A stretch of 64,000 nt of DNA from Antedon mediterranea (Eukaryota; Animalia; Echinodermata), in the NCBI RefSeq assembly GCF_964355755.1, contig NC_092676.1, positions 17,936,871-18,000,870 of the forward strand. The letters run 5' to 3'. Shown piece after piece: positions 1 through 12,689 of this stretch. The translations under genes and the position numbers were made by a program. The notes below the pieces were generated by a model that worked only from the letters and a program-made list of their open reading frames with translations, made no database searches and had not been told where the DNA came from. The stretch's first letter is position 1. Every line of letters starts with the position of its first letter.

Positions 1-679
1 ACAAAGGCCAAAATCCACCATGACAACTTCTAAAGACAATCCTGATTATTTACCTAAACGACCTGCTAGTGCGAAAACTAATAAGTCCGTTCTGTCGCAT
101 AACTCTTTAAAAAATGAGTTAAACGAAGTCCTGGAGGGTGAAAGACCTGAACCGCAAGGCTGTGAACTTCCCGATAATAGTCCTTGTCATGACCGGACGA
201 AAGCAACGCGACAATTATTATTAACTGATGATCGTAAAATTTCAACACATCCTCCTTCGACTGACCTGGACATTTTAAACACTGAAAGTGTATTCATAAC
301 TGCTTCAAATTGATACCACCACCGGCCAATTTTACCATCAATCTATAAAACAAAAGCAAAGGTAAAATCAACAATCAACTAAACACTAGGCCCTACGATG
401 TTGCTAAAAGGGTAACGGCGAGGATTGCTCGTACGTGCTTATTTGTTAATTACTTGGCACTAATAACTGGAACTTTTCAAGATGAGCACGTCAGAGGTTA
501 ATCGTCAGTCAAACCACGCACGTGCGTACAAACTCTGATAAATGTACAATCCACACGGGTTTATCTTTTATACGCGATACCTCTTTGTGTTTACCGACTA
601 ATGGTTGGTCCTTTAGGTCTTGTAGTTGGTGATCTTATAATTTTAGAGAGTTTAGTTTAGAGAGTCAGAGTTACATTTG

Positions 680-1354
680 TAAGAAAGTTGGGATTACATT
701 TTAGATAAAAAGTGTTAATTCAAGGTCACTTTGTGTAATGATCGCTTATTTAGTGGTTGTAAATATTAAAGTAAAGAAAAAAAATTTATTATAAATTTAA
801 AGTGTATATTTTAAATAAAATTCAATATGCTACATAAAGATCAATGTTAATTAATTTGTTATACGAAACTGTAAATAGAAGAGATATAGATAAATGTGTA
901 CTACCTGTACAGGTCAAAGGTCAATAAGAAGAGTTCTTATTAGACTGAATAGAAACATATACCTTCAGATTAATTTGAGCCCTATTTAAAGTTTGTCCAA
1001 CTATTAGTTACGGTGTTATATGATATGTAGGTCAAAGGTCAAAAATGCCAAAAATCATACTTCCGGCCATTTTTGGACAAACTTTTCCATTAGAACGAAT
1101 ATTAATATGCATCTCCCAAATAATTTGACACTAAAATTATTTCATTTAAAATAAGCGTTGCAAAGATATGACCATTTTGTTTTCAATGGGTCAAAACATT
1201 CAAATTGAGGTCAGAGGTCAAAGATGAATTTTAGAAATTTGACAACATGGGTTTTTATAACCAGCATGATTCAATTATTCATAAAACACAATGTTTACAC
1301 TTTCCCCATGATCTGCACACGAAGGCACTTTTTTTGACATAGGGATCTGGACTA
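680..1354. mobile_element. Probable right end of a non-autonomous DNA transposon (Academ-like terminus)
   Basis: Ends in ...GGATCTGGACTA (reverse complement TAGTCCAGATCC, resembling Academ termini as I recall them) with repeated subterminal GGTCAAAGGTCAA motifs. No matching left end seen; left boundary approximate. Confidence 0.3.
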
Positions 1355-1979
1355 AAAAGAGAACAATAGATTATATAATTTTCTGTTCGTTCGTTATTTA
1401 TTGATTATATATATTACATCATAATAGCATAAATAAATGTACTCTCTATGGTCATGAATTAACTCGAGCATATTTTTTAGTATTACGAGTTTTTGTAATG
1501 AACACCTGTGTTTCAGCAGCCTATTGATAACGCGCTTTGAATAATTTTGATTGCCGCTCTGAGCGAAGAGACAATCGCCGCCGTCCACGGACGTCACGAT
1601 TCCACGGGTCCAATCGGGTCATAAAGAGAGACGATCAGGTTTTAAAAAAAAGGAAAGTTTCAAACTCGACGCACAGAGTAGAGCAGGAGAAGGGCATGGT
1701 CACGCCGAAAGTGTTGAATTTACACCATTATATATTAATATGTCAAAAGTCATTATATAAATGACCTGAAACATTTATATCATGGAGTAAAGATGATTTA
1801 TATAGGCCTAGGCCCTGGCTACTTCCTGCTGTAACCTCAACACCAGTGATAGTATTTCCGATCGTTTGAGGCCTAAATAGGTCAATTATAGTAGTAGGCC
1901 TAATGATTTTCTAATTATTTATAAATAAGGACCTTCGACAATTATGCTTCTGGGTAGGCCTAACCTTGATAACAATTGT

Positions 1980-2175
1980 ACTTCCGGCGTATATGATACT
2001 TCCGGTTACAAGTAATTATTTATAAATAATGACCTTAAACAATTATATTATACCCCCATCCATGCTTCAATACTTCACGTTTTTTTTTATTAATATAAAA
2101 TAATTAAATAATGACTTTCAACAATTACTACTTCCGGTGAACTTCAATACTACTTCCGGCGTTTTTTCCGGTGAC
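1980..2175. promoter_or_regulatory. ACOT9 promoter with clustered ETS/GABP-type sites
   Basis: Four ACTTCCGG and one TTCCGG motif (about 1980, 1998, 2130, 2152, 2166) 100-300 bp upstream of the ATG at 2281. Confidence 0.55.
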
Positions 2176-2280
2176 TGGGCAGCGCATCCACAGCAAGAGA
2201 ATTCCCCATATTATTTTCGTCGTCAAGAGGGGGGTGCGGGATCGGAGGAGGGGATAGGCTAATTAACAATCTCTTCAAAG

Positions 2281-5200
2281 ATGTCTTTTTTCCTGAAAAG
2301 GTAATTCCATAAGCCTATCCTCCTAGGCTTAGGCCTAGTTAGCTAGCTAGCTAGGCCTAGTTTAATAATTACATTTATTTTCTAGGCCTAGGCCTCTACT
2401 AGGCCTAGCCTAGCCTCTCCTCCAACTAGCTAGGCTAGTCCTAGGCCCTAGCTAGGCCTAAAAGGCCTAGCTAACTAGTAGAGTAGTAGGTCTAGCTAGG
2501 CTAGGCCTAGTACTTAGGCTAGGCACAGTATAGTAGGTACAGTAGACTTAGCAGTGTGTTAGGTGTGTTGAGTTTCCTCCTTCCTTTTCTTGTGGGAAAA
2601 CATTTTTATTGTATAATAATAGAAAAATAATGCTTTTTAATATTAAGCGTTCATTTTTCTAGGTCTATTGATTGGAGTTAAAACGTCATTCTTTTTAATT
2701 AAGCATTATTTTTTTATTAATTAAAATAAAACTGTTTATTTACAGTATTTCAACTCTTGTAAGAGGTCAGGAATCTGCAAGACAGGTGATGAAGAATGCA
2801 AGATTTTGCTCTACTTTACAAAATGTTTCAAGTATTAAAGAATGTATGGATGTTGTATTTATTATTTATAACAACTTTATGTAGTAAAAAACACAAAGCT
2901 ACTGGAAAGGAAACTGTAGCATATTTTATGCACAGTGACTGTATGATTTAGGTTTGTGTAACGTTAATTAGGGCTGCTGGCTGCAGAGGAAACCTAAATT
3001 ATAAAATATATACACAGCCAATACTAAAGTCATGTATATGAGTTAGAGATCTTTTTGAGTGTATTTTCACCAAGGTTAGTTAATAGAATCTTCATTTTCA
3101 AAATTCTTTATTGCATCACATAAACACAGAAGGCCTGCTAACTTCACCCACGTAGCAAAAATCTGACATAAAGTTTACTTTTATTAGTTTAGTTTCTAAT
3201 TTTTTTTTAGTGAGGCAAAAACTTCATGACTTGGCCGGTGCACAAAAGCAATGGGGGTACGTATAATCTCAAGAGACGTAGGATTCAATAGCAATAAAGG
3301 GCATCCTCAAGAAATAACATTTTGTCAGACGGTTATTGCTCATGCATAAATAACACGCGCCATTTCTTACTGGATGTCTGTACTGTATATACCGATTCCC
3401 AGCATGATGGTCCTATGTGAATAGATATTATTTATATGCCAGCATACCTGTGACAAAAGGGCTTTTGTGTGCTGCCGACCTCTCCACCAAAATAAATCCA
3501 ATTATAAATAAGATAGAGATATCTATTTAATAAACAATATTCTTCAACATTTTCAGTGATTTATATGATGGCATTTGTGTCCCACACTGAAATAAGATTA
3601 TTGAAATTTTTTTAGCACGGAAAGTGATCGTTCCGGATTATTCAACCAGTTACCGAAAGATCAATCTAGTCTTGATGTGAAGAGGATGAAAGACAGTTAC
3701 CAGGAGTCATGTATTCCGCTTGCGAGTAATTCGCCTCTACGTGAAAAGTATGTCAACTTCAGCAATACTATACGCATTGGACGTATTTTAGAAGACCTTG
3801 ACACTTTTGCAGGTAGCTATTGTTTTACTCATGAAATTAATGTAATTCAATAAATCAATTTTTATTTCTACATTTTTCCAAGTTGGCAAATAAATAAAGA
3901 TAGTATGGTGGAAAGGCAAGAAGTACCATAAGTAGGTGACTTTTCTTCATACTTTTTGTATTGTAAACACTAATGCAAAAACCTATTCAATGGAGAGTGA
4001 TTCATTATTGCAGTGTATATCATGTATCTCAGAATTGTCTTTGTTGTCATGACAATATTTCCAGATGTTCTAATTTACGGGATATATCTCAAGCGATATT
4101 CTGTCAGCCCCTTAAGGTGAAATTTCTTCAAATTGTTTTGTGTAGTTAAAAAACATCTTGACCATTTTGGTTTTGCTGCTAGGGCCGTTTGAGTTAACCA
4201 AATGTGTAAAATGCGTTGGCCATAGGAAGCACCTGACATACCTATAGTTTACTGTAGATGCTGATGGCCTCTTTGTTTGGCCATATTTTCTTCCTATTAT
4301 TTGGCCATATTTTCTTCCTATTATTTGGCCATATTTTCTTCCTATTATTTGGCCATATTTTCTTCCTATTATTTGGCCATATTTTCTTCCTATTATTTGG
4401 CCATATTTTCTTCCTATTATTTGGCCGTATTTTCTTCCTACTGTTTGGCCATATTTCCTGTCTCTCTTTTTCCAAGTTGGGGCCGCTGTATTTTCATTAC
4501 ATTTATATACAAGAAAGATGTACTGTACGTGTACATTTTTTAAAGCTTGTGGAAGAAATGTTATAAGATGGAAGTGTACATTTTTTTTTATGTGCAGTGT
4601 GGATAAGTTACCAACACAACAAGAGAACTGGAGAGAAACAATCACCTTTGGTCATAGTCACTGCATTGGTAGACCGTATAGGTAAGTTGATTTATTCAGC
4701 ACAAACAGTGGCTTAACGCAGGGGGCAAAGGCCTAAGGAGTCCTCCAAATTGCTCATGCTCTGTGGCCCCTGGGCTTAGCTGTCATGGTACTGAGCACAA
4801 ATTCAACAGTAACAAATGTATTTTATGTCATGATTCTGGATCTTGCACATTCCTTTTAGCAAAAAAACTAAATTATTGATTTTAACAAAGAATTTGTTAC
4901 ATAATAAATTGTTTGTAGGCAAGCAAGTACTAGTCTGTATGTGAAGCTGTGGGAACTAGATTAGATTGTTATTGTCTGCTGCCTGCATGCAAAATATTCA
5001 ATAAAAAAAAAATAGACAATAAATCTGTTAATATTTTCATTCCTTACTGTAAAATTGTAGGTCTAATTTGATCTAGACATTGTAGTTAGGTTGCCATATA
5101 CTTATGCCCTACAGTATGCTGACATTGAGTTGATGTAGCGTGCTGAACAACCTATTTATTGTTTAAAAGCAAGGTGTATCCATTTTATACCGCCATGGCT

Positions 5201-8200
5201 TAATTTATAGAAAAATCAATCTACAGAAAACTGAATTTTTAAATAAGCTTAAGTTTGCAATTTGTTTTGAACAGATCTTGATGAATCTGAAATGTCACCT
5301 GATCATGATGTCAAGATGACTGGTAATATCACCTGGACAGGTAAAACATCAATGCAGGTGTCTATGAATCTCATGCAGGTATTTTAACAAATCACTGTAT
5401 ATCATATATTGAGTGACAGAAAAAGATGTCTGCTCTGGTCAGCTCCAGATCATGTTCGCTTCAGATTGCGCATACAGCAATAACGACTTTTCGTTTCCAC
5501 AGAACGCCACATGCATATCGAGTAAAAAAACAGCCTAGGTGTAAAAACGAAACATTGAGATGTGATTTTAGTTGCCGGAGCTGGACCAGAGCAGGTGTGA
5601 AAGATGCTTAATACCCCACCATCTACTTTCTGCAGAATAATTTTTTTAATGAAAATTACACCGAATCTGTATACATACAGTACATAATCGAATGTAGAAT
5701 TTTAGTAATTTCACTTCAAAACCTTTTTTTTTTATACTGGCGGTATTTTTTATTTTATGCAGCCTTAGGCTACAGCTATCCAGATTAATTCTCAAAATTA
5801 ATTTGCCATATCATGAAATTTCTAGATATAGATTCTACAACGTTTGATCCATTGAGGGTCCATAAATATAATAAGAAAAATGCAGAGAAACAAAAAATGT
5901 ATATTTTATTTTGAAGATGATGACAAACACTTAAAATAATAGCTTTAACTTTTAAATGCCAAACAATAAATTACAAGCATAAAAATATTTGTGTTACTGC
6001 GATTATTTCTTAGAAGTTGGGACCCCTTCAACCTTTTATTGAGTCACTACAGTATAATGATGATAATTGGTCATTCTGTTTAGATGCAAAATGGTGAAAT
6101 GCGAAATAAATTAAATGCAGTATTTCTAATGGTTGCAAGGGATCCTGCAAATAAAGGGTATACATTTGCTTTTTGATTTGTGTAAAATTCTCCTTAACTG
6201 TAAAATTCAATAAAAAATAATATTTAAACCACCAATATTTAAATGTATGCAGTACTGTGTACTCTAAAATGGCGTTTTTAATCTCTGTATTTATATTTTC
6301 GGAATCCAGGAAAGAAAACAAAGAAAATAGATATTTTAATTAAGTAACATTATTAACAAAATGCAAATAGAAATATGTTGCAAAGAAAGTGAAAGCAAAT
6401 CAAATGGTTCTTCCATAGATCAGCATTTGTTAATCCGTTGAAGGCTGTAACTCCTGAAGAGGAATTGATTTTAAAAGAAGCTGAGACTGTCACTCAGAAA
6501 AGGAAACAACAGTCTCAACATTCACTTTTAAAAGTTGCTCCAAGTTCTGAAGAAACTGACCTTGTACATCAATTATTTATTAACACTCTAAGTAAACAGT
6601 AAGTTAAGTTTCTTCAAAGTCTTAATTAAGGAGAAAACCCTCATACATCAGTTCTTTATGAACTTCCTAAGTAAGTACCACCCTCATAGATCAGTTTATC
6701 AAGTCTCTTAGTGAACAGCAAGTTAAGTTGCTCCAAAGTCTGAGGAGACCAACCTCATAGATCAGTTTACCAAATATCTTAGGAAACAACAAGTTAGTTG
6801 CTCCAAGTTCTGAGGAAACATACCCTCATACAATCAGTTATTTATCAAATCTCTAAGTAAACAGTAAGTTAAGTTGCTTCAAAGTCTGAGGATACAAACC
6901 TTATAGATAAGTTACCAACTCTTTTAGTGAACAGTAAGTTAAGTTCCAAAATATGAGGAGACCAATTTCCTAGATCAATTTACCAACTCTCTTAGTAAAC
7001 AGTAAGTTAAGTTACTCCAAAGTTTGAGGAGACCAACTTCGTAGATCAGTTTATCAACTCTCTTAGTGAACAACAAGATAAGTTGTTCCAAAATATGTGG
7101 AGACCAACCTCGTAGATCAGTTTACTCTCTTAGCGAACAGTAAGTTAAGTTGCTCCAAAGTATGAGGAGACCAACCACATGGATCAGTTTACCAACTCCC
7201 TTTCCCTTAGTGAACACTAAGTTAAGTTGCTCCAAAATGTGAGGAGACCAACTTCATAGATCAGTTTACCAACTCTCTTAGTGAATAACAAGTTATGTTG
7301 CTCCAAAATGTGTGGAGACCAAATTTGTAGATCAGTTTACCAAATGTCTTAGTGAACACAAGTTAAGTTGTTCCAAAATGTGAGAAGACCAACTTCATAC
7401 AGTAGATCAGTTTACCAACTCTCTTAGTAAACAGCAAGTTAATTTGCTCCAAAATTTGAGAAGACTAACTTCATAGATAAGTTTATCAACTCTCTTAGTG
7501 AACAACAAGTTAAGTTGTTCCAACGTGTGAGGAGACTAACTACCTACAGATTTTATTTACCAAATGTCTTAGGAAACCGCAAGTTAGTTGCTCTAAGTTT
7601 GTTAAATCTGTTATTTACCAACTCTTTTAATAAGTAAGTTAAGTTGCTCCAAATCAACTAAAAGTCAATTGAAGCATATCTTGCATTTTACTTTGATATG
7701 GTATGATGTCATGGTCTGTTGGTATAGTTGTAGTATAGTAAGTCAATTATCATTGTTTAATAGGTATAGATTGTTTCCCCAGCCAATCAAATGTTGTTTA
7801 TGATACATAGATTATCATAAAGGTAAAATGTAAAATTCAATCTCTGTTTACTTAGATTGCAATCAAGATTATTTGAATTTGAATTTGGTAATTCATTAAT
7901 GATTTTCCCAGCCAATCAAAAGTTACATAAATTACCATAACATTTAAATGTTTTTTTTTTCAGAACTGTATCATTTTCAATTAGGGTGAAACCGGAAAAC
8001 ACAGTTTGGATGGAAGATGCAAAACTAAAGAATGTTATTATATGTTTTCCTGAGGTATGTCATGTGCTATCAAAAACTAAAAATAAATAACTTGTATTCA
8101 ACACCTGTCAATGACCAACGGACATTATATAATATACATATATATATATATAATATAATACAACATTTATATAGCGCTATTTCATGAAGATCAGAGCGCT

Positions 8201-10194
8201 GTGGACTTAGATGTTACATTTTTCAACAACATTCTTCTCCCCTAAGTGTCACATCTTGTCATCGGCAGCCAAATATAGCGCCATTACGTCTGTCTGCGAC
8301 AGTGTGTGTGAACACCAGAGTAACCCCCTACTTGTCTCGAAAGATGTACTAGGTTCTCTAAAGTGCACATGAGCAATATGTATACACTGGACCTACGGTT
8401 TATAGTCCTTATCCAAGAAGACTTTTTCTGGTGGATGGAGCAAGTGAGCCTTGAACCCTTGCTGATGTTATGGCTATGGATTACGGTTCCACTGTCTTAA
8501 CACTCAAGTGACATTGTGATAACATCAGCAACAACCACAATTTTCAATTCATGTCAGAGAAGCATTCCCAATGTATATTGTAAGATTGCTCAGATATTTG
8601 TTATGGCATATTGCTTCATATCTTTTATTATGTTATTCCATTATATAAACCATGATTTTTTACAGCAACGAAACCTTTACAACAAGATATTTGGAGGTTA
8701 TTTAATGAGAAAAGCAGTTGAAATTGCATATGCTGCTGCGTTAGTTCACAGGTAAATATGACCCCTATTAAGGGAACCTAACAAGGTGTTCGCTGAATAG
8801 GGCTTGGCTTAGTGTTAAAGCATATATTGCCTCTTGGTTCCTGTTTTTCTCAGCCAATCAAAAGTTGTTTCTCATATGTAAATTATCATAAAATATAAAT
8901 GTTAATTTAAATAATGCTGTATTTCCTAGCCAATCAAAAACTTTTGCTTATACATACTATAGATTGTCATAAAATGGAAAATGTTAATTTAAATAATTTT
9001 GTTTTTCCTAGCCAACCAAAAACTGTTTCTCATACATAGATTATCACGTAAATGTTAATTTAAATAATGTTTTTTCAGTCAATCAAAGGTTGTTTTTCGA
9101 TGTATAGATGACATAATGTTTCAGCGTCCAGTTGAAGTTGGTTCATTGCTTTACTTATCATCACAGGTAAGTAATCTATAAATACCTCTCTTGTGAGGCC
9201 CTATTTTAGCACACCTACTTAAAACATTCCCTCATTCCCCAATATTCTGGTATTTATTTATTACATAATATTTAACTGCTTAATTTATTTATTTTTTTTA
9301 ATTTATTTATTTTGGGGACCTCAATTCTATCTCATTAATGGGGAATCCTCACTTAATACATACAATGTATTTCATGATAAAAAATAAACAAAATTTTAAC
9401 AAAAAAATTTCAATTTAATATGATTACTTGTACTACTTAGATTACTTACACCGAAGGCGAGTTTCTGCAGCTCAGAGTTCACGCTGAGGTCATGAACCCT
9501 AAGACAGGCGAGCATTACACAACAAATTCTTTTAATTTTACCCTAGCATCTAAAGGCGATGTGAAACCTGTGATACCAAAGACATATGGTGGTAAGATTT
9601 TCCAATCAATGCTGTATACCAACAAAAAGATTTCTTACATTTATAGGATTCTACAAAACTTCCATTTTTGTAATCGTTTTTATCCCTTTTCCAATGTATT
9701 GTAGTAAAGAAACATGTATTAACTAAAATGAACCCAGTTAGCCATTTTGTGTAATCATAACAGGAATTATACATAAATTGGTCCATTAATTAAAAATAAC
9801 TTGAGAAACCCACAATATTTACTAAAGAAAGTTAAATGCCAACCTTTAGTGGTCCCAATAAAAGATAGCTAGTTCAATAACTCATTCCATTGATTCAACC
9901 TGTTAGTGGCAGTTTCATCGCTGTTGGTTGTCAACTGAATAAAATTAAAATAAATAAGATTTCCTGTATGCAAGGAAGAATACATATATGTAGCTCATGA
10001 TGAGTGATACAAGGCTGACCGCTTGGACTATGTGACTCGACATCATCGATAACCATCTTAGTTAGATTTTGGGATAAAGTTAAGTTTAATGATTATTTTA
10101 TTACTTTACATATTATTACTACATTTCAGAATCTATGCTGTACTTGGATGGAAGGCGTCATTTTCAAGAATTTAAAAAGGCAGCTAAGTTATAA
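2281..10194 (+). CDS. ACOT9: Acyl-CoA thioesterase 9, mitochondrial (double hotdog fold), 13 exons, 427 aa
   Basis: Exons 2281-2300, 2746-2843, 3211-3256, 3616-3812, 4598-4681, 5275-5378, 6084-6157, 6419-6598, 7964-8054, 8666-8751, 9079-9166, 9441-9591, 10130-10194. All GT-AG with consistent phases, total 1284 nt. Motifs RMKDSY, REKYVNFSNTIRIGRILEDLD, IVTALVDRI, RNLYNKIFGGYLMRKAVE, DDIMFQRPVEVGSLL, PKTYGESMLYLDGRRHF; basic N-terminus resembling a transit peptide; AATAAA near 10314. Confidence 0.95.
2320..2525. repeat. TAGGCCTA/TAGCTA low-complexity tract at the start of ACOT9 intron 1
   Basis: Dense interleaved TAGGCCTA, TAGCTAG and TAGGCTA words directly after the first donor site. Confidence 0.8.
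4275..4458. repeat. 24-bp minisatellite (about 7.5 copies)
   Basis: Unit TTTGGCCATATTTTCTTCCTATTA; explains the periodic ORFs at 4112-4645. Confidence 0.95.
6530..7652 (+). repeat. ~60-bp diverged tandem repeat derived from the 3' end and donor site of ACOT9 exon 8
   Basis: Unit AAGTTGCTCCAAAGTCTGAGGAGACCAACCTCATAGATCAGTTTACCAACTCTCTTAGTGAACAGTAAGTT aligns to the exon end AAGTTGCTCCAAGTTCTGAAGAAACTGACCTTGTACATCAATT...CTAAGTAAACA|GTAAGTT. Confidence 0.85.
8150..8505 (-). mobile_element. V-domain-type tRNA-derived SINE with L2-like tail
   Basis: Minus strand: GGGTTCAAGG B-box, then GGATAAGGACTATAAACCGTAGGTCC...TTAGAGAACC...AGTAGGGGGTTACTCTGGTG (V-SINE-like core), tail AGCGCTATATAAATG ending in an (ATT/AT)n tract. 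Confidence 0.6.
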
Positions 10195-10627
10195 CATGAG
10201 GACTTTTTTTTTCTTTATTATATAACATATAACATGAGGACTTGGTATACATTATATTTATCAAATAGGGAGTAACTAACACACACAAGTCTTCAATTAT
10301 TTTATATCATGTTAATAAATACATTATCAAACTAAGTTATTAGTTTTGTGATAATTATAACTTGTTATATATTATTTTATGTTAAGTCTTTAATAAATGG
10401 TGATGAGTATAAATAAAGGTGGTCTACAGTATTTTACAATACATACAATACACTGACATTAAAATCATCTTAATATGTTGGCTCTTTAAAATTGATATAA
10501 AATAATCCTTTACATTGTTTCTTCAACTCTATTTTATAATTAGGGTTTTGATACAAAATCGGCAAAAGAATAGGAATTTTAATTAATTATTTATAAATTT
10601 TTGGTAAACCAATTGTCAAGTACTTAC

Positions 10628-10668
10628 TTGCTACGTTTCGGCTATTTTTAGTAGCCTTGGTCATGCAA
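10628..10668 (-). ncRNA. Degenerate minimal hammerhead ribozyme motif (Penelope type)
   Basis: Minus strand TTGC-ATGACCA-A-GGCTA-ctaaaaa-TAGCC-GAAACGTA-GCAA: stems I and II and palindromic stem III present, but the CUGANGA core has two deviations. Confidence 0.4.
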
Positions 10669-12689
10669 ATGACTCTGAGATGATCATCTGTCATTCGTCA
10701 TGGCTCGGTGATTTGTGCCATCACTTGCTTGATGTTCAGCTTTCTGCAGCAGTTTGTTTGAATTTGAAACCGATGAAATTTTTCAAAAATAATTTTAAAT
10801 CGATCTAATTAATTACTTTGCAACTTTTTTCACTAGCAAGTTTTTAGGATAAAAAAAAGACAAAAGGTAGTTGCCAGAGTGGGAACCACGAAACTAAAAA
10901 AACTAAGCCACTTTTCAGTGTTCCTCCCACGACCTTTAGAAAATTGGCCAAATTTCGACCCTTTTGTGTTTTTTAATTAACATGCGCAGAACACACTATG
11001 TGATTCTGCGCATGTTACCTCAATACATAATTTTAAAGGTCGATATTTGGTGTTTTTTTTTTATTTACAGTACTATAGTAAGGAAAAATTTACGAAAATT
11101 TGCCAAATTTCAACTACTGTATTTTATATTTAAACAAGAAATATTTCTTACAAAAAACGCCGCTCGACATTTTAACATTAATCATTGTTCTTTTGATTAA
11201 TTTATGATTACTTAATAAAAAGATGTCCTTTAATCGCAAAAATACATACAAATCACAGATAGTTCTTTAATTATGAATCACATGCCCATTTTTTCACTAG
11301 TTAATTGTATACACAGCATTTGAAAGAAGACATGTGTACCTTTCCAACAATGTATTATTTGTCAACAAATATTAATCTACTAATTCAAACTAAGTCTTTT
11401 TTTAACTTCAATGTGCTGTAGCCTGTTTGTGTGTGAATTTAACCTGTACTGTAGGCATGCAACTTAATACCCTCTAGAGAAAACGTGACTTCACGGTGGT
11501 ATAAAAGTGAGAAAATTCTTCCCGGTCTGTTGATTCGCGTCAACCAATCAAAGGGCGAGAATCCAAAATCGTTCATAGACTCTCTTTTCCCAGACATTTT
11601 TTAGTCCAGCAGCTGGGACCTATAAATTATAGTCGAGTTTACAAATTTGCAAAACTGTCAGCCTTAAATACTAAAGCTACCGCTATGAAACAGCTTATTA
11701 TTGAATATGTCCTCCTGGGACATAGCTGGCTAGAACCGCGGCGCGAAAAATATTGACATGCGCAATCAACATACTGTGTGTTCTGTACATGTTAACTCAA
11801 TACATATTTTTTCAATATTTGACCGTTTTTTGAAAAAATCCCTGTACTATAGTCAGGTACAGAGAAATTTTCCAAAATTTGCTAAATTTCGACCTTTTCA
11901 TATTTTGCAATACATATTGACATGCACATCACATAGTGTGTTCTGCGCATGTTACCTCAATGCATATTTTACAGGTCGATATTTAAGACATTTTTTGAAA
12001 GAAATTAGCCAAATTTAGCAAAAATATTTTTATAATTCAATTATTTTGTGATTTATATTGCTATATGTGCGAATTTATTACTTTGCGTCAACTTTTAGAG
12101 CCATATAAAACAGTTTTGTCGAAAAATAAAAGGGTCGAAATTTTGCAATTTTTTGAAAAAAATCCCTGTACTATACTGCCCTGTCATGAAAGAATGACTA
12201 AACTTTTTTAGCTTTTTGGGCTATTTAGGGATGATACACCTTGTGGTATATTCAGATATTCAAAATTTTAACTATAAATATGAAATTTAAAAATCAAAAT
12301 ACCACTCAATTACAAGTGTGTGTTACTATTGTCACCAAAGACTAACTCAACTACAAATGCCATGAAAGACTCACTCAATTGACATATTAGCACCTATTAT
12401 GTCATAGGAAACCCATTCAAGTGCACAACAATGGTGTTAATTGCACAGCAAGCTGTGTAATGTTGTTGTTTTAAACATAAAATAATTTGGTACTGCCCTA
12501 CGAATAATTGTCAATAATTATTTTATTCAATAACTTGTTTAGTTATTATTAGAGTATTAATTTTATTTCTGGAATATTTAGAATTAAATACCCCGGAGAG
12601 ACTATGTGAACTCCGTAATGCTATTATTATTGAATATTCTCCCTCTTATCTTAAAACTAAAGTAAAAATACAAGAAACATTAAAAACAA

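Noticed and set aside
20-313. 97-aa ORF at the window start
   Set aside because: No recognisable domain; may be the tail of a gene or transposon ORF outside the window.
4112-4645. Overlapping repeat ORFs on both strands
   Set aside because: 24-bp minisatellite in ACOT9 intron 4.
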